Positions 43,992-53,636 of a stretch of 64,000 nucleotides of DNA are shown piece by piece. The position numbers and the translations under genes are program-made. The DNA comes from an uncultured Nitrospina sp. (lineage in GTDB: Bacteria > Nitrospinota > Nitrospinia > Nitrospinales > VA-1), in the NCBI GenBank assembly GCA_937891765.1, contig CALAGQ010000001.1, positions 14,864 through 78,863 of the forward strand, in the 5' to 3' direction. Each line of letters begins with the position of its first letter. Positions within the stretch are counted from its first letter, which is position 1. A model generated the notes under the pieces. That model made no database searches, had not been told where the DNA came from, and was given only the letters and a program-made list of their open reading frames with translations.

Positions 43992-45482
43992 ATGATCTCT
44001 CTTTCACTCTCTTATTTGAAACATAACTGGCTGGGCAATATGCGCAACGATGTGCTTGCGGGCATGGTTGTCGCGCTGGCTCTCATTCCTGAAGCGATCG
44101 CCTTCTCTATCATTGCAGGTGTTGACCCCAAGGTGGGTTTGTATGCTTCATTCTGTATTGCTGTTGTCATTGCTTTTATCGGTGGTCGTTCCGGCATGAT
44201 CTCCGCCGCAACGGGTGCCATGGCACTTGTCATGGTTTCACTTGTAAAAGAGTATGGGCTGGAATACCTTTTAGCGGCAACCATCCTGACAGGAATTTTG
44301 CAGATCATTGCGGGTTTATTCAAGTTAGGCTCCCTTATGCGGTTTGTATCACGTTCGGTCGTGACAGGATTTGTGAATGCCTTGGCCATTCTGATTTTCA
44401 TGGCACAACTGCCCGAATTCAAAGGCGCAGGAATCCAGATGTATGGAATGGTCGCTCTCGGCCTGGCAATTATTTATATCTTTCCACGTTTCACAAAGGC
44501 TGTACCATCTCCGCTGATTAGCATCATAACCATCACGGCAATCAGCATTTATTTTGGAATGGATCTGCGTACAGTAGGGGATATGGGAGAGCTTCCTTCC
44601 ACCTTCCCGATCTTTCTTTTACCTGACATACCGCTTAATCTGGATACTTTGCGGATTATTTTCCCCTATTCACTGACCCTGATGGCTGTAGGTTTGCTGG
44701 AGTCACTCATGACAGCAACCATTGTCGATGACCTGACGGATACGCCCAGCAACAAAAATCGTGAGTGTGCCGGACAAGGCATTGCCAATATAGTAGCTGG
44801 TTTTTTTGGAGGCATGGCGGGCTGTGCGATGATCGGGCAATCGGTGATTAATATTAAATCGGGCGGGCGGGGTAGACTATCAACGCTTTTCGCCGGACTC
44901 TTTCTTTTATTTTTGCTTTTAGTTTTGGGGGAATGGGTGAGCCAGATTCCGATGGCCGCGCTCGTTGCCGTCATGATAATGGTTTCGATTGGGACATTTA
45001 GTTGGTCGTCTTTTAAAAATCTAAAAACTTATCCTAAAACCTCCAGTCTGGTCATGATAACCACTGTTATTGTCGTCGTCATGACGCATGATTTGGCAAT
45101 CGGTGTGTTTGTGGGTGTCTTGACGAGTTCACTGTTTTTCGCTCGCAGAGTGTCGCGATTATTAAAGATCGAATCACATCTGTCGGAGGCAAAAGACAAG
45201 CGGACCTACCATATTTATGGGCAGGTCTTTTTTGCTTCCGCTGACACATTTTCAAATTCATTCGATTTTAAGGAAGTTGTTCAAAATGTCACCATTAATC
45301 TCAGCGGAGCTCATTTCTGGGACTTGTCTGCTGTCGGTGCATTGGATAAAGTCGTTATGAAATTTCGTCGTGAAGGAACTGCAGTTCATCTGATTGGTAT
45401 GAATAAGGCGAGTGCTACAATTGTTGATCGTCTGGGAGTGCATGATAAGCCGAATGCGCTTGACCTCATGCCTGAACATTAA
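43992..45482 (+). CDS. SulP-family inorganic anion transporter with a C-terminal STAS domain
   Basis: 496 aa. The N-terminal [24 protein letters not shown] is the SulP signature region. The protein is polytopic, and the C-terminal roughly 110 aa are STAS-like ([13 protein letters not shown]...HLIG). Confidence 0.9.
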   Translation: MISLSLSYLKHNWLGNMRNDVLAGMVVALALIPEAIAFSIIAGVDPKVGLYASFCIAVVIAFIGGRSGMISAATGAMALVMVSLVKEYGLEYLLAATILTGILQIIAGLFKLGSLMRFVSRSVVTGFVNALAILIFMAQLPEFKGAGIQMYGMVALGLAIIYIFPRFTKAVPSPLISIITITAISIYFGMDLRTVGDMGELPSTFPIFLLPDIPLNLDTLRIIFPYSLTLMAVGLLESLMTATIVDDLTDTPSNKNRECAGQGIANIVAGFFGGMAGCAMIGQSVINIKSGGRGRLSTLFAGLFLLFLLLVLGEWVSQIPMAALVAVMIMVSIGTFSWSSFKNLKTYPKTSSLVMITTVIVVVMTHDLAIGVFVGVLTSSLFFARRVSRLLKIESHLSEAKDKRTYHIYGQVFFASADTFSNSFDFKEVVQNVTINLSGAHFWDLSAVGALDKVVMKFRREGTAVHLIGMNKASATIVDRLGVHDKPNALDLMPEH

Positions 45483-45495
45483 GAGGAATAAAAAA

Positions 45496-46350
45496 ATGGC
45501 GAAAATATTAGTATGTATTGATGGGTCGATTTATGCAGACAATCTTTGTGCCCATGCGGCCTGGGTTGCCAAACGCATAAATGCTGAAATTGATCTTCTT
45601 CATGTTTTGCGCCGTCCCTCAGACTATCAGGCACCGACAGACCACACCGGGTTAATGGGGCTTGAGGCACGCAGTCACCTTCTGGATGAATTAACTAGGG
45701 TGGATGAAGAGCGGGGTCGTTTTGATCAGGAAAAGGGGAAAATCATTCTTGAACATGGCGCCAAAATCCTGAAAGAAGCAGACGTCGAAACAATAAACCT
45801 TCTCCACCGGCGTGGTAGCCTGGTTGAAACAATTCAAGAATTTGAAGGTACTGTCGAGATGATCTTCATGGGCAAGCGTGGCGAACATGCGGATAGGAGT
45901 TCTCTTTTTCTTGGCTCAAATCTGGAAAAAGTGGCACGCGCCATCCACAAACCTCTCTTTATTGGTTCTTCCGTTGTGCGTCCGATCAGACGCTTCTTGG
46001 TTGCCTATGATGGTAAAGCCAGCGCGCATAAAGCGATCGACTACATTACCAGACACCCCCTGCTAAATAAAGATTTGGAGTGCCATTTGCTGGTTGTTGA
46101 AAGTGCAAAAGGCAACATCGAAACATCAGAAGCCGAGCAAACTTTACGCAAGGCAGGGTTCACCGTCATACTCAAGACCGAACAAAACCATCATGCCGAT
46201 CAGGCAATATCTTCTTACGTGGTGGAAAATGAGATCGATCTTCTGATCACAGGAGCATACAGCCATTCGCGCGTGCGTAGCCTCCTGCTCGGAAGTACAA
46301 CCGCATCACTGATCAAGGCCTGCAAAGTACCGCTGTTACTATTCCGATAG
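45496..46350 (+). CDS. tandem-domain universal stress protein (UspA family)
   Basis: The start is at ATG 45496 (MAKILVCIDGS). There are two Usp domains: the first ends MGKRG and the second ends ITGAYSHSRVRSLLLGSTTASLIKACKVPLLLF. Confidence 0.85.
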   Translation: MAKILVCIDGSIYADNLCAHAAWVAKRINAEIDLLHVLRRPSDYQAPTDHTGLMGLEARSHLLDELTRVDEERGRFDQEKGKIILEHGAKILKEADVETINLLHRRGSLVETIQEFEGTVEMIFMGKRGEHADRSSLFLGSNLEKVARAIHKPLFIGSSVVRPIRRFLVAYDGKASAHKAIDYITRHPLLNKDLECHLLVVESAKGNIETSEAEQTLRKAGFTVILKTEQNHHADQAISSYVVENEIDLLITGAYSHSRVRSLLLGSTTASLIKACKVPLLLFR

Positions 46351-46865
46351 AAGATGCAGTTTCTTTTTTCCTATTTTCCATGTCGGTAATCGCAATCCCC
46401 GCTAATTGCTGATCATCTAACCAACATTTTCTGATGAAGAGCTAAATGCGGTTGGCCAAAATGTCTGGATTTAGCCACGGGGTGTTGTTAAATAACTCTG
46501 GACGACGAGGTGGTTTCAACTCGATTTGTAAATCCAAAAAAAGAGCTGTTTACTATATAAAAACTACTGTGTTATTTATTTGTCCGATAATCAGTCTGCG
46601 GGAGATTGCGGGAGAAACCCTGAAATTTTCCCCTTGTAGGTATTTCAGGGATCTGGGTCAAGAGACATTTTGAGAGGCATACTGAGCAGAAAATGCAGAA
46701 ATATGATAAATAGATTTCCGTTTTCAGGAAAACCAAATAAACTAAAAAGGATGGAACCTTTGAAATCATTTGAAGTTGACTTGGCGATACATTGTCACGC
46801 TCTGCGGGGTTCTGCGTTTAGAAAAAACTTATTAACGTATTTTTTTATTAAGTAAAGGAGACTTT

Positions 46866-47027
46866 ATGGATAGTTTGAAAAGAATAATAATCGCTCTTGT
46901 TTTGATGGTATCGGTAATCGCCTTGGTAGGTTGCGGGGAAAAAGGCTCTGCTGAAAAGGCTGGAGAAAAACTGGATAAAACCATGGAAGATGCTGCGAAG
47001 AAAGCGAATGACTTGCTAGGGAAATAG
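46866..47027 (+). CDS. small lipoprotein (53 aa), function unknown
   Basis: Below the track's size cutoff. An AAGGAG Shine-Dalgarno sits 7 nt upstream. The product is MDSLKRIIIALVLMVSVIALVGCGEKGSAEKAGEKLDKTMEDAAKKANDLLGK, with lipobox LVGC. The terminator at 47091 follows. Confidence 0.55.
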   Translation: MDSLKRIIIALVLMVSVIALVGCGEKGSAEKAGEKLDKTMEDAAKKANDLLGK

Positions 47028-47090
47028 CAGACATCGTTATTGATTGTGATGGAAGCTTTTCATGCTCTAAATATCATCTTGAATACAAGG

Positions 47091-47119
47091 GGCTTGGCCA
47101 TTTGGCCAGGCCTTTTTTT
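47091..47119 (+). terminator. intrinsic terminator
   Basis: ggcttggcc/ggccaggcc forms a 9-bp stem (one G-U pair) with loop attt, followed by a T7 run. The exact reverse complement of this hairpin recurs at 47150-47171 and serves the minus-strand csp gene. Confidence 0.75.
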
Positions 47120-47141
47120 GTATCGCCATCGAAGGGGGGAA

Positions 47142-47172
47142 AATAAAAGGGCCTGGCCAAATGGCCAAGCCC
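47142..47172 (-). terminator. intrinsic terminator for csp (minus strand)
   Basis: On the minus strand it reads gggcttggccatttggccaggccc followed by ttttatttt. It lies 65 nt downstream of the csp stop. Confidence 0.7.
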
Positions 47173-47238
47173 TTTTACATAAATTATGGAACGGACTCCG
47201 GCAGAGTTAAAAATCTACCGGATAGTGTCCTGAGTTTC

Positions 47239-47439
47239 TTATTTGGGCACCACTTGAGTGGCTTGTGGACCTTTCTGGCCCATACCTTCTTCGAACTCGA
47301 CCGCTTGGCCTTCTGTAAGAGTCTTAAAGCCTTCCCCTTGAATTTCTGAGAAATGAACAAAGAGATCTTTGCCGCTCTCGGACTCGATGAATCCATAACC
47401 TTTTCCTTCGTTAAACCATTTTACTGTTCCTACTGCCAT
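47239..47439 (-). CDS. csp: cold-shock protein (CspA family)
   Basis: 66 aa from ATG 47439: [52 protein letters not shown]. It contains the RNP1 (KGYGFI) and RNP2 (VFVHF-like) motifs. The track ORF extends into the leader. Confidence 0.95.
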   Translation of the reverse strand: MAVGTVKWFNEGKGYGFIESESGKDLFVHFSEIQGEGFKTLTEGQAVEFEEGMGQKGPQATQVVPK

Positions 47440-47700
47440 AATAAATACTCTCCTGCAATTGAACGGGAACACACTCCAGAAAATCTGGATAAGTTTTTCC
47501 CTATTTTTAAATTGGGTTGGTTTGATGCAAGAACTTTTAGAACCACTTCGATAAAAAACCCAACTCACTTTAGTCTGTTAAACCAAAGTGTTTTTACAGG
47601 TCTGCTCTAGGCGAGAAACTAGAAGGAATCAAATTACACTACAACTAAACAACCCTTGTTTACCGAATCAGGGTAGCATGGATATTGGGAAAGTCCTAAT
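47440..47700 (-). promoter_or_regulatory. long csp 5' leader (about 260 nt)
   Basis: This is a non-coding stretch between the csp ATG and a TATATT box at about 47704-47709 (minus strand). It is homologous to 43495-43744. Confidence 0.5.
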
Positions 47701-47907
47701 AATATATCTAATGAAATAGTAAAATTAGCTGAAAAACGACCCAAATAGGCCCTTATTGTGCTCTGTGGCTGATTTATGGGTAAGATTAAAAAATTATAAT
47801 TTTAATCTCCTTGTAATCTTGCCCACGCATGTTAGCCTGATGATATCTCCTCTGGGTGATCCCCCTTGAGGCAGGACATCAAAATATCGTAAAGGACTTT
47901 ATATGCT

Positions 47908-47933
47908 CCACTCCTTTTTGGGGTGGTTTTTTT
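47908..47933 (+). terminator. intrinsic terminator with no annotated upstream gene (orphan sRNA end or leader attenuator)
   Basis: ccactcc (47908-47914) pairs with ggggtgg (47920-47926) across a ttttt loop, followed by T7. Confidence 0.6.
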
Positions 47934-47980
47934 GTGCCAATTACATCAGGGGATAAACAGGTTAAAGTGAGGTCATTTAT

Positions 47981-48166
47981 ATGCATGAAGTTAAGGTGTA
48001 CGACAGCTCCGGAAATTTAAAAAAAGTGATCTCGGTAAAAAAATTGAACATTCGGTCAAAAAAGCAATTGGACTTTCCTTCTCTTTTCAAGAAGAATAAA
48101 AGAACCGGTAGACCACTGGCAAAACCTGCTAAGATGCCAACGAAAGCTAAAGCGTCACAACTTTGA
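47981..48166 (+). CDS. small basic hypothetical protein
   Basis: 61 aa and lysine-rich. A GAGG Shine-Dalgarno lies about 10 nt upstream. It ends 18 nt before rpsU. Confidence 0.35.
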   Translation: MHEVKVYDSSGNLKKVISVKKLNIRSKKQLDFPSLFKKNKRTGRPLAKPAKMPTKAKASQL

Positions 48167-48184
48167 AAACAGGAGTCCCCTACT

Positions 48185-48391
48185 TTGCAAGTCACCGTTT
48201 ATCAGAATCAGGTCGAACGGGCGTTGAAGGGTTTAAAACGCCAACTCAATAAAGAGGGTTTGTTCAAAGAACTCAAACGCAGGCGATTTTATGAAAAGCC
48301 GTCGGTTAAGAAAAAACGCAAAATAAAAGAAGCCAAAAAAAAGCGTAAGATGGCGATGCGGCGGCAGCGTTCTGCCTGGCACCAGATGTAG
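48185..48391 (+). CDS. rpsU: 30S ribosomal protein S21
   Basis: 68 aa with a TTG start and an AGGAG Shine-Dalgarno. The sequence VTVYQNQVERALKGLKRQLNKEGLFKELKRRRFYEKPSVKKKRK is the S21 consensus pattern. Confidence 0.9.
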   Translation: MQVTVYQNQVERALKGLKRQLNKEGLFKELKRRRFYEKPSVKKKRKIKEAKKKRKMAMRRQRSAWHQM

Positions 48392-48442
48392 AGGCCGCAA
48401 GATAGCCTCTGTTCTTGATCTTTCAGTTTTGCAGAATAAAAC

Positions 48443-48482
48443 AAAAGGGCTCAGCGATTTTCGCTGAGCCCTTTTGTTTTTG
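48443..48482 (+). terminator. intrinsic (bidirectional-looking) terminator after rpsU
   Basis: A 10-bp stem gggctcagcg/cgctgagccc (48447-48456 and 48462-48471) has a 5-nt loop. It is flanked by an A-run on the 5' side and ttttgttttt on the 3' side. Confidence 0.85.
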
Positions 48483-48631
48483 TAATATTGTGGATGGGGC
48501 TTCCGGCGGGTACGCTTTGGCCGCGAAACAAATGAAGAAACAACTTGCTGGAAATTGAAAATTTAAATTTATTCTGATTTGGCGGCAGAACTGAATAAAG
48601 ATCACATTGAAAACGGAAGGCTATTGGCGTT

Positions 48632-49219
48632 ATGAACAGTTTGGTATTGATGATGGTGCTGACTTGGGCGATGCCCTCGTTGACATGGGCTGGTTATCAG
48701 GAGGCCACAGACGCGTTCGATCGTGGCGATGCCCAAACTGCATTGAAAGAGTTTCAAGCTCTTGCGGATAGTAACGATGCCAGGGGCCAGTATGGTCTGG
48801 GGATCATGCACGATCTGGGAGAAGGGGTCCCGCAAAGTTCGGAGCAAGCGGCAAAGTGGTACCGGCTTGCCGCCGAGCAGGATTACGCAGACGCTCAGAA
48901 TAATCTCGGTGTGATGTATGAAAATGGAGAAGGCGTTTCCACGAATTATGATGAAGCCATGAAATGGTACCGAAAAGCGGCAGAATTGGGAAACAAGGAC
49001 GCCCTCAACAATATTGGGGTGATGCATATGACGGGAGTTGGTGCTCCAAGGGACTTCGTGAAAGCCTGTATGTGGTTCAGCATAGCGGGAAAAGGTGACC
49101 CTGACGCGGTGAGCAATAAGAACTATCTCCTGAAAAGAATGACACCGGAAGAAATCGTGCAGTCTGAAAACCTGGCGCAGGAATGGTTGCAAATTCGAAA
49201 ACAGGAAAAAAGGAATTAA
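48632..49219 (+). CDS. secreted Sel1-like repeat (SLR/TPR) protein
   Basis: 195 aa with a signal peptide. It has four SLR units of the type A.KWYRLAAEQDYADAQNNLGVMYENGEGV. Confidence 0.85.
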   Translation: MNSLVLMMVLTWAMPSLTWAGYQEATDAFDRGDAQTALKEFQALADSNDARGQYGLGIMHDLGEGVPQSSEQAAKWYRLAAEQDYADAQNNLGVMYENGEGVSTNYDEAMKWYRKAAELGNKDALNNIGVMHMTGVGAPRDFVKACMWFSIAGKGDPDAVSNKNYLLKRMTPEEIVQSENLAQEWLQIRKQEKRN

Positions 49220-49266
49220 AAAAGGGATTAATAGAAAGGCTCCGGAATGGATTGCGGAAATTTTAA

Positions 49267-50061
49267 GTGTTGAAAAAGTATTTTTTAAAAATCGTTTTGG
49301 CTGCTTTTTGTGTTGGGTGCCTGAGTTGTGGGCAGGGTTTTCAAGAAACCCAAAACCCCCGCCTCGTCATTGCCATTGACGCGACGTTCGTCCCAATGTC
49401 ATTTTTAAATGATCAGGGGGAACTGGATGGATTTGAGGTGGACCTGATTAAGGAGGTCGTGAAAAATGCCGGGTTCGATTATGAACTGGTTAATGTGGAG
49501 TGGGGTGGATTGTTTGGAGGGTTGATCACTGAAAAATTTGATTTGGTGATCAGTTCAATAACGATTCTTGAAGAAAGAAAAAACCGTATGGCTTTCAGCA
49601 TTCCCTATCTGCAGAGCGGGGTCGCCGTGCTGGTCCGAAAGGATATCGAGAATGTCGATAGCCTGGAACAGCTTGCTGAAATAAAAGCCACGGTCGGAGC
49701 CCAGATCAACACGACTTCTTATTATTTTTTGCAAAAGTATGAAGGTATGAAAATCAAGACCTATGAAAAATTTGGCCATGCGGTTATTGATATGGCCAAT
49801 AAGGGTAATGATGGAGTGGTCGGGGACTCAGTTCAGGTGAATTATTATTTCAATGAAAATAAGGAATTGACCCAAAACGCCAGGTTTCTGGGTTCCAGAA
49901 TGACCTCGGAGAATTATGGTATTGTCTTGCGTAAAGAAAATCTTGAGCTGAAACAAAAAATTGATACCAGCTTGAAGGGACTTCTTAAAAACGGAACGGT
50001 TCAAAAGCTGCATGGCAAATGGAACCTGGGGGATTTTTCCGTGGTGCCAATGCCTGAATAA
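49267..50061 (+). CDS. periplasmic substrate-binding protein, family 3 (polar amino acid ABC-type), lipoprotein
   Basis: 264 aa with a GTG start and a Cys-containing signal region (FCVGCLSCG). It has SBP_bac_3-like blocks (GFEVDLIKEV, DLVISSITILEERK, FSIPYLQSG). Confidence 0.8.
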   Translation: MLKKYFLKIVLAAFCVGCLSCGQGFQETQNPRLVIAIDATFVPMSFLNDQGELDGFEVDLIKEVVKNAGFDYELVNVEWGGLFGGLITEKFDLVISSITILEERKNRMAFSIPYLQSGVAVLVRKDIENVDSLEQLAEIKATVGAQINTTSYYFLQKYEGMKIKTYEKFGHAVIDMANKGNDGVVGDSVQVNYYFNENKELTQNARFLGSRMTSENYGIVLRKENLELKQKIDTSLKGLLKNGTVQKLHGKWNLGDFSVVPMPE

Positions 50062-50152
50062 AAACCTGCTTCCCAAGCTGAAAAGGTTGGAGCTGACCCA
50101 AATATTCCTGTGAAAATCAAAGTGATTAAATCCAGATTTTTTTTCAAGATAT

Positions 50153-50350
50153 TTATAGTTCTTGATTTTTGCAGGTTTTGTCGAGAATGAAATATAGAGG
50201 ACAAAATCCGGTGAGGGCACTTTGAACAAGTGTGACTCCCAATATGCCTGGTACCAGCAACCAAATCGGATCAATCCAGTAGCCCATCGCGGCTCCAATC
50301 GTCACAACTGCTCCGACAATTCCATCATGAATACGTCTTTTGGTATTCAT
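50153..50350 (-). CDS. DUF2892 (YgaP-like) small membrane protein
   Basis: 65 aa with two TM helices. It ends with the family-typical SALTGFCPLYFIL. Confidence 0.65.
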   Translation of the reverse strand: MNTKRRIHDGIVGAVVTIGAAMGYWIDPIWLLVPGILGVTLVQSALTGFCPLYFILDKTCKNQEL

Positions 50351-50460
50351 ACAACCTCCTAGTTTGTGTTCAGTAGAGTATAAAACATTTATCCTTCAAC
50401 GGCTTTAATTTCCCCATGAGTGTTGCGGAATCGACAAGAGGCAATGGAGAGTGTGGAAAA

Positions 50461-51750
50461 TTAGCTTAGGACCAGTGCTCCGGCGATGCAACCGGTGAGG
50501 ACAGTTGCGAGAAATGCTGTCCATAAGGCGCGTGCGCCTGTCACTGTAATGTCGCGGGCTCGGGATGGGGCCAACACAGTCAAGCCACCAATGAAAATTC
50601 CCATACTGGCGAGATGCACAAAACCGCATAACGCATAAGTTAGAATGGTTACAGATCGAAGGGTAAACGGCGCAGGATCAGCAGCCTGAGCCATTGCCAA
50701 AGCGAAATAGGCAGACACTTCTGTTTCTATAAACCGTGATCCTAAAATCTGGCCAGCCAGTTGCCATTCCTCAGGCCGCAACCCCATGAGGACGGAAAAG
50801 GGTATAGTCAGCCAGCCCAGCAGGTTTTGTACAGAAATATCTAATGATTCAGCGAGTACCAGATCCACTAAAGATTCCAGGCCAAGCACCACGATCAATA
50901 CAGTGGCAATTCCCACAGCCATTTTGACTCCTTGAGCACCTCCATCGATCAAGGCGACCATAAAGTTAGAAAGTTCTTCGCCATCACTTTCTATTTTTGG
51001 TAATTTCTTCAAACTTTCAGGCACCTTCAACTCCGGTAATGAAAGCTTGCTGGCAATAATGGCGCAGGGGATGGATATCAATGAAGCGGAAACAAGATGG
51101 CCTGCGATTTGGGGGAAAATATCGCGTAGTGCGATAACATAAATTCCCATGACAGTGCTGGCCACGGTTGCCATCATGCAGGTCATCAGAGTGAGAAGTT
51201 CGGAGTGGGTCATCTTTATAAGGTAGGGCCGGATGGTTAAGCCGGATTCAATGCCGACAAAAATATTAGCGGCGGCAGATAAAGATTCAGCTCCAGATAA
51301 TGCCAGCAGGCGGTAAAAGATACGGGCAAAAAACCGGACCACTACCTGCATTATTCCCAAGTAGTACAACCCTGAAATGACTGCTGAAAAGAAAATTACT
51401 GAGGGGAGCACCTGAAATGCGAGGATGAATCCTACAGAAGGTGTGCCATCTGACAGGGTTTGTCCCGGGCCTATGGCGAGAGGTCCAAGAAGAAATAAAG
51501 CCCCCTTCTGGGAGGCGGTGAGGATAGCCACCAGCCCGTCATTAATCCACCGTAAAGCGGCCCGAGACCATGGAACCCAAAACGCCAGCACTCCCAAAAC
51601 CCAGGCCAGCGCTATGCTTCCCATGATGGTTTTCAGGTTGATCTTTTGCCGACTGCCGGTAGCCCAAGCGATGAAAGCTACCAGAAAAAAGCCGACAAGA
51701 GATATTATACGGTAAAGAGTTTCATCCATTTTCGCATTTTCCCCGGTCAA
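50461..51750 (-). CDS. nupC: NupC/CNT-family nucleoside transporter
   Basis: 429 aa and polytopic. It has CNT blocks (FQVLPSVIFFSAVISGLYYLGIMQ, SGAESLSAAANIFVGIESGLTIRPYL, MTHSELLTLMTCMMATVASTVMG). Confidence 0.85.
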   Translation of the reverse strand: MTGENAKMDETLYRIISLVGFFLVAFIAWATGSRQKINLKTIMGSIALAWVLGVLAFWVPWSRAALRWINDGLVAILTASQKGALFLLGPLAIGPGQTLSDGTPSVGFILAFQVLPSVIFFSAVISGLYYLGIMQVVVRFFARIFYRLLALSGAESLSAAANIFVGIESGLTIRPYLIKMTHSELLTLMTCMMATVASTVMGIYVIALRDIFPQIAGHLVSASLISIPCAIIASKLSLPELKVPESLKKLPKIESDGEELSNFMVALIDGGAQGVKMAVGIATVLIVVLGLESLVDLVLAESLDISVQNLLGWLTIPFSVLMGLRPEEWQLAGQILGSRFIETEVSAYFALAMAQAADPAPFTLRSVTILTYALCGFVHLASMGIFIGGLTVLAPSRARDITVTGARALWTAFLATVLTGCIAGALVLS

Positions 51751-51886
51751 TATTTTTTGGGCATCAGCTTAGCATTGATTAAAACTTTTTAAAGGGTTTA
51801 GAAAGTAATTATCAGGATACCCTTTTGGTCACGAGCAGGATATTATATTATAGACGGACTAATTATTGTTTGAGTGAAACGAAACT

Positions 51887-52864
51887 TTGAAAAAGAAACC
51901 TTTCATATTTTTACTGTGGGCTTTTGCGGCTGGATTGTTTTATCTTTGCCTGCAATCGATTGATCTGGGCCGGGCGTGGAACGAAATTATCCGAGCAGAT
52001 CCTTCATGGTTACTTCTGGCGATTTTTTTCAATGCCTGCATTTTGGGGGTTTGGGCTTCGCTCTGGTACCTGCTCCTGCCGCAAAAAATTTCAGTTCCCT
52101 TTGTCAGGATTTTTCAAGCGAACTCTTTTATGTCCACATCCTGCAACACGATTCCTTTCCCTGGTGGGCATGCGGTCGGGGTCATGGCTTTGGCCCGAAG
52201 GGCAGAGGTGGGGCACACTGTAGCCCTGTCAGTATTAGCGCTCGATCAACTCATGGAAGGCTTCGCCAAAATTTTTGTTCTGACTTTGGTCGCAATTTTC
52301 GTTCCTCTTCCGGAGCGAATGGGACAGGCGATACTGATTTTTGTAATTGTCATAGGTCTTTTTGCTTCGATCATGTTTTACATGGCTCATAAGAAACCGC
52401 GCGTTCGGGAAGGGCAAGAAATCAAATCATTTACAGGCAAGATCAGAACCTTGGTTTCACGCTGGTCTGTTCATCTGGAAGTTTTAAGAGATGTGCGAAC
52501 TTTCAGTTCAGGCCTTCTGCTGGCTCTTGTAATGATGCTTGCGCAGACTCTGGGAATCTGGGCGGTACAAAAAAGCCTGGGTTTGGACCTTCCTTTATGG
52601 GCCCCCATTTTGGTCATGGGCGCTTTGAATCTGGCGACGGTTTTACCGATCACTCCTGGAAACTTTGGCATCTATGAAGGAACCGCTTTTCTGGTTTATC
52701 AATTTTGTGGGCTCGCTCCCGAGGCTGCTTTAAGTTTGGCCCTCCTGCAACATCTTTGCTTTCTAGTTCCCATGGTGGGGACAGGTTATCTGGTACTTTT
52801 ATTTCTGACCTCTGCTCAAAAGCAAAGCCTTTCAAAAGCAGAGTGGGTCTCCGACAAAACATAG
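51887..52864 (+). CDS. UPF0104 / lysylphosphatidylglycerol-synthase-TM-region-like (flippase-like) membrane protein
   Basis: 325 aa with a TTG start and about 8 TM helices. The N-terminal layout (W..I....P.WLLLAI..N) and the PITPGNFGIYEG block are typical of UPF0104. Confidence 0.65.
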   Translation: MKKKPFIFLLWAFAAGLFYLCLQSIDLGRAWNEIIRADPSWLLLAIFFNACILGVWASLWYLLLPQKISVPFVRIFQANSFMSTSCNTIPFPGGHAVGVMALARRAEVGHTVALSVLALDQLMEGFAKIFVLTLVAIFVPLPERMGQAILIFVIVIGLFASIMFYMAHKKPRVREGQEIKSFTGKIRTLVSRWSVHLEVLRDVRTFSSGLLLALVMMLAQTLGIWAVQKSLGLDLPLWAPILVMGALNLATVLPITPGNFGIYEGTAFLVYQFCGLAPEAALSLALLQHLCFLVPMVGTGYLVLLFLTSAQKQSLSKAEWVSDKT

Positions 52865-53329
52865 CAAAGTTTTTGTCTCGAATAGAATTAAATTATTTCT
52901 TAAATAGGTTGAAATTTTGATGATTATTTATATTTTGGTGGATAGTGACCAGTAAGAAACGAAACGCTTTAGAAGATGTCACCAGCATATATTGATTGTT
53001 AGTAAATGTTGTATTTGGTGGGCTTGGGGTAAAGATTTTGTAAGCAGTTTTACCTCCAGAGTTAATCTATAAGCGGGATTTTGCGCTTCTTAAAGTAAAT
53101 ACTTTGGTGCTATACTTTCGCCCGATAATGGGGTTTCTAGTGTCAATGTAAGTTGGTTTGTGAGCTTGTTAACTGGATAAGTCAATGTTCAAGATCCGCG
53201 ACGAGCTAAGGGCTTATTTTATTTAGCTCGGTAAAAACCTTGGCAGAAATTGGGACCCAGGTAAAAATTGGGAAGGTTCGTTGGATAGCTTGATTGGCCT
53301 TGCCGCTAAAATGTAGGAGGTTAACTGTT

Positions 53330-53530
53330 ATGGCAGATGGAAAAGTTAAATGGTTTAACGATAGTAAGGGTTATGGGTTTATCGAGTCTAGTGATGGGGA
53401 AGATTGTTTTGTCCATTTTTCTGAAATTCAAGGGGAAGGCTTTAAGACTCTTACAGAAGGCCAAGCGGTCGAGTTCGAGAAAAGCATGGGAGAAAAGGGG
53501 CCTCAGGCATCCAAAGTAATACCCAAATAG
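53330..53530 (+). CDS. csp: cold-shock protein (CspA family), second paralogue
   Basis: 66 aa from ATG 53330 (AGGAGG Shine-Dalgarno): [52 protein letters not shown]. Confidence 0.95.
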   Translation: MADGKVKWFNDSKGYGFIESSDGEDCFVHFSEIQGEGFKTLTEGQAVEFEKSMGEKGPQASKVIPK

Positions 53531-53549
53531 ATTTTTTTGAGAATTGAAG

Positions 53550-53581
53550 CCAGCGGAGCAATTGCTCCGCTGGTTTTTTTG
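53550..53581 (+). terminator. intrinsic terminator after csp
   Basis: A 10-bp perfect stem ccagcggagc/gctccgctgg (53550-53559 and 53564-53573) has loop aatt and is followed by T7. Confidence 0.9.
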
Positions 53582-53636
53582 TGGCTGTTTTCATTCCATA
53601 ACCGGAAACTCTATTCGAGTTGCCATGATGCCAAGG

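Noticed and set aside
43992-45482. Calling the SulP transporter a BicA-type bicarbonate transporter, functionally linked to the DabA locus.
   Set aside because: Only the family-level SulP/STAS features are visible, and substrate cannot be inferred from sequence by eye. The gene is 8 kb from the DabA cluster, with unrelated genes in between.
46446-46855. Three small track ORFs in the usp-to-lipoprotein spacer, and a 9-bp hairpin ccctgaaat/atttcaggg (46618-46650).
   Set aside because: The ORFs overlap one another in different frames with odd composition. The hairpin has no T-run or recognisable riboswitch features.
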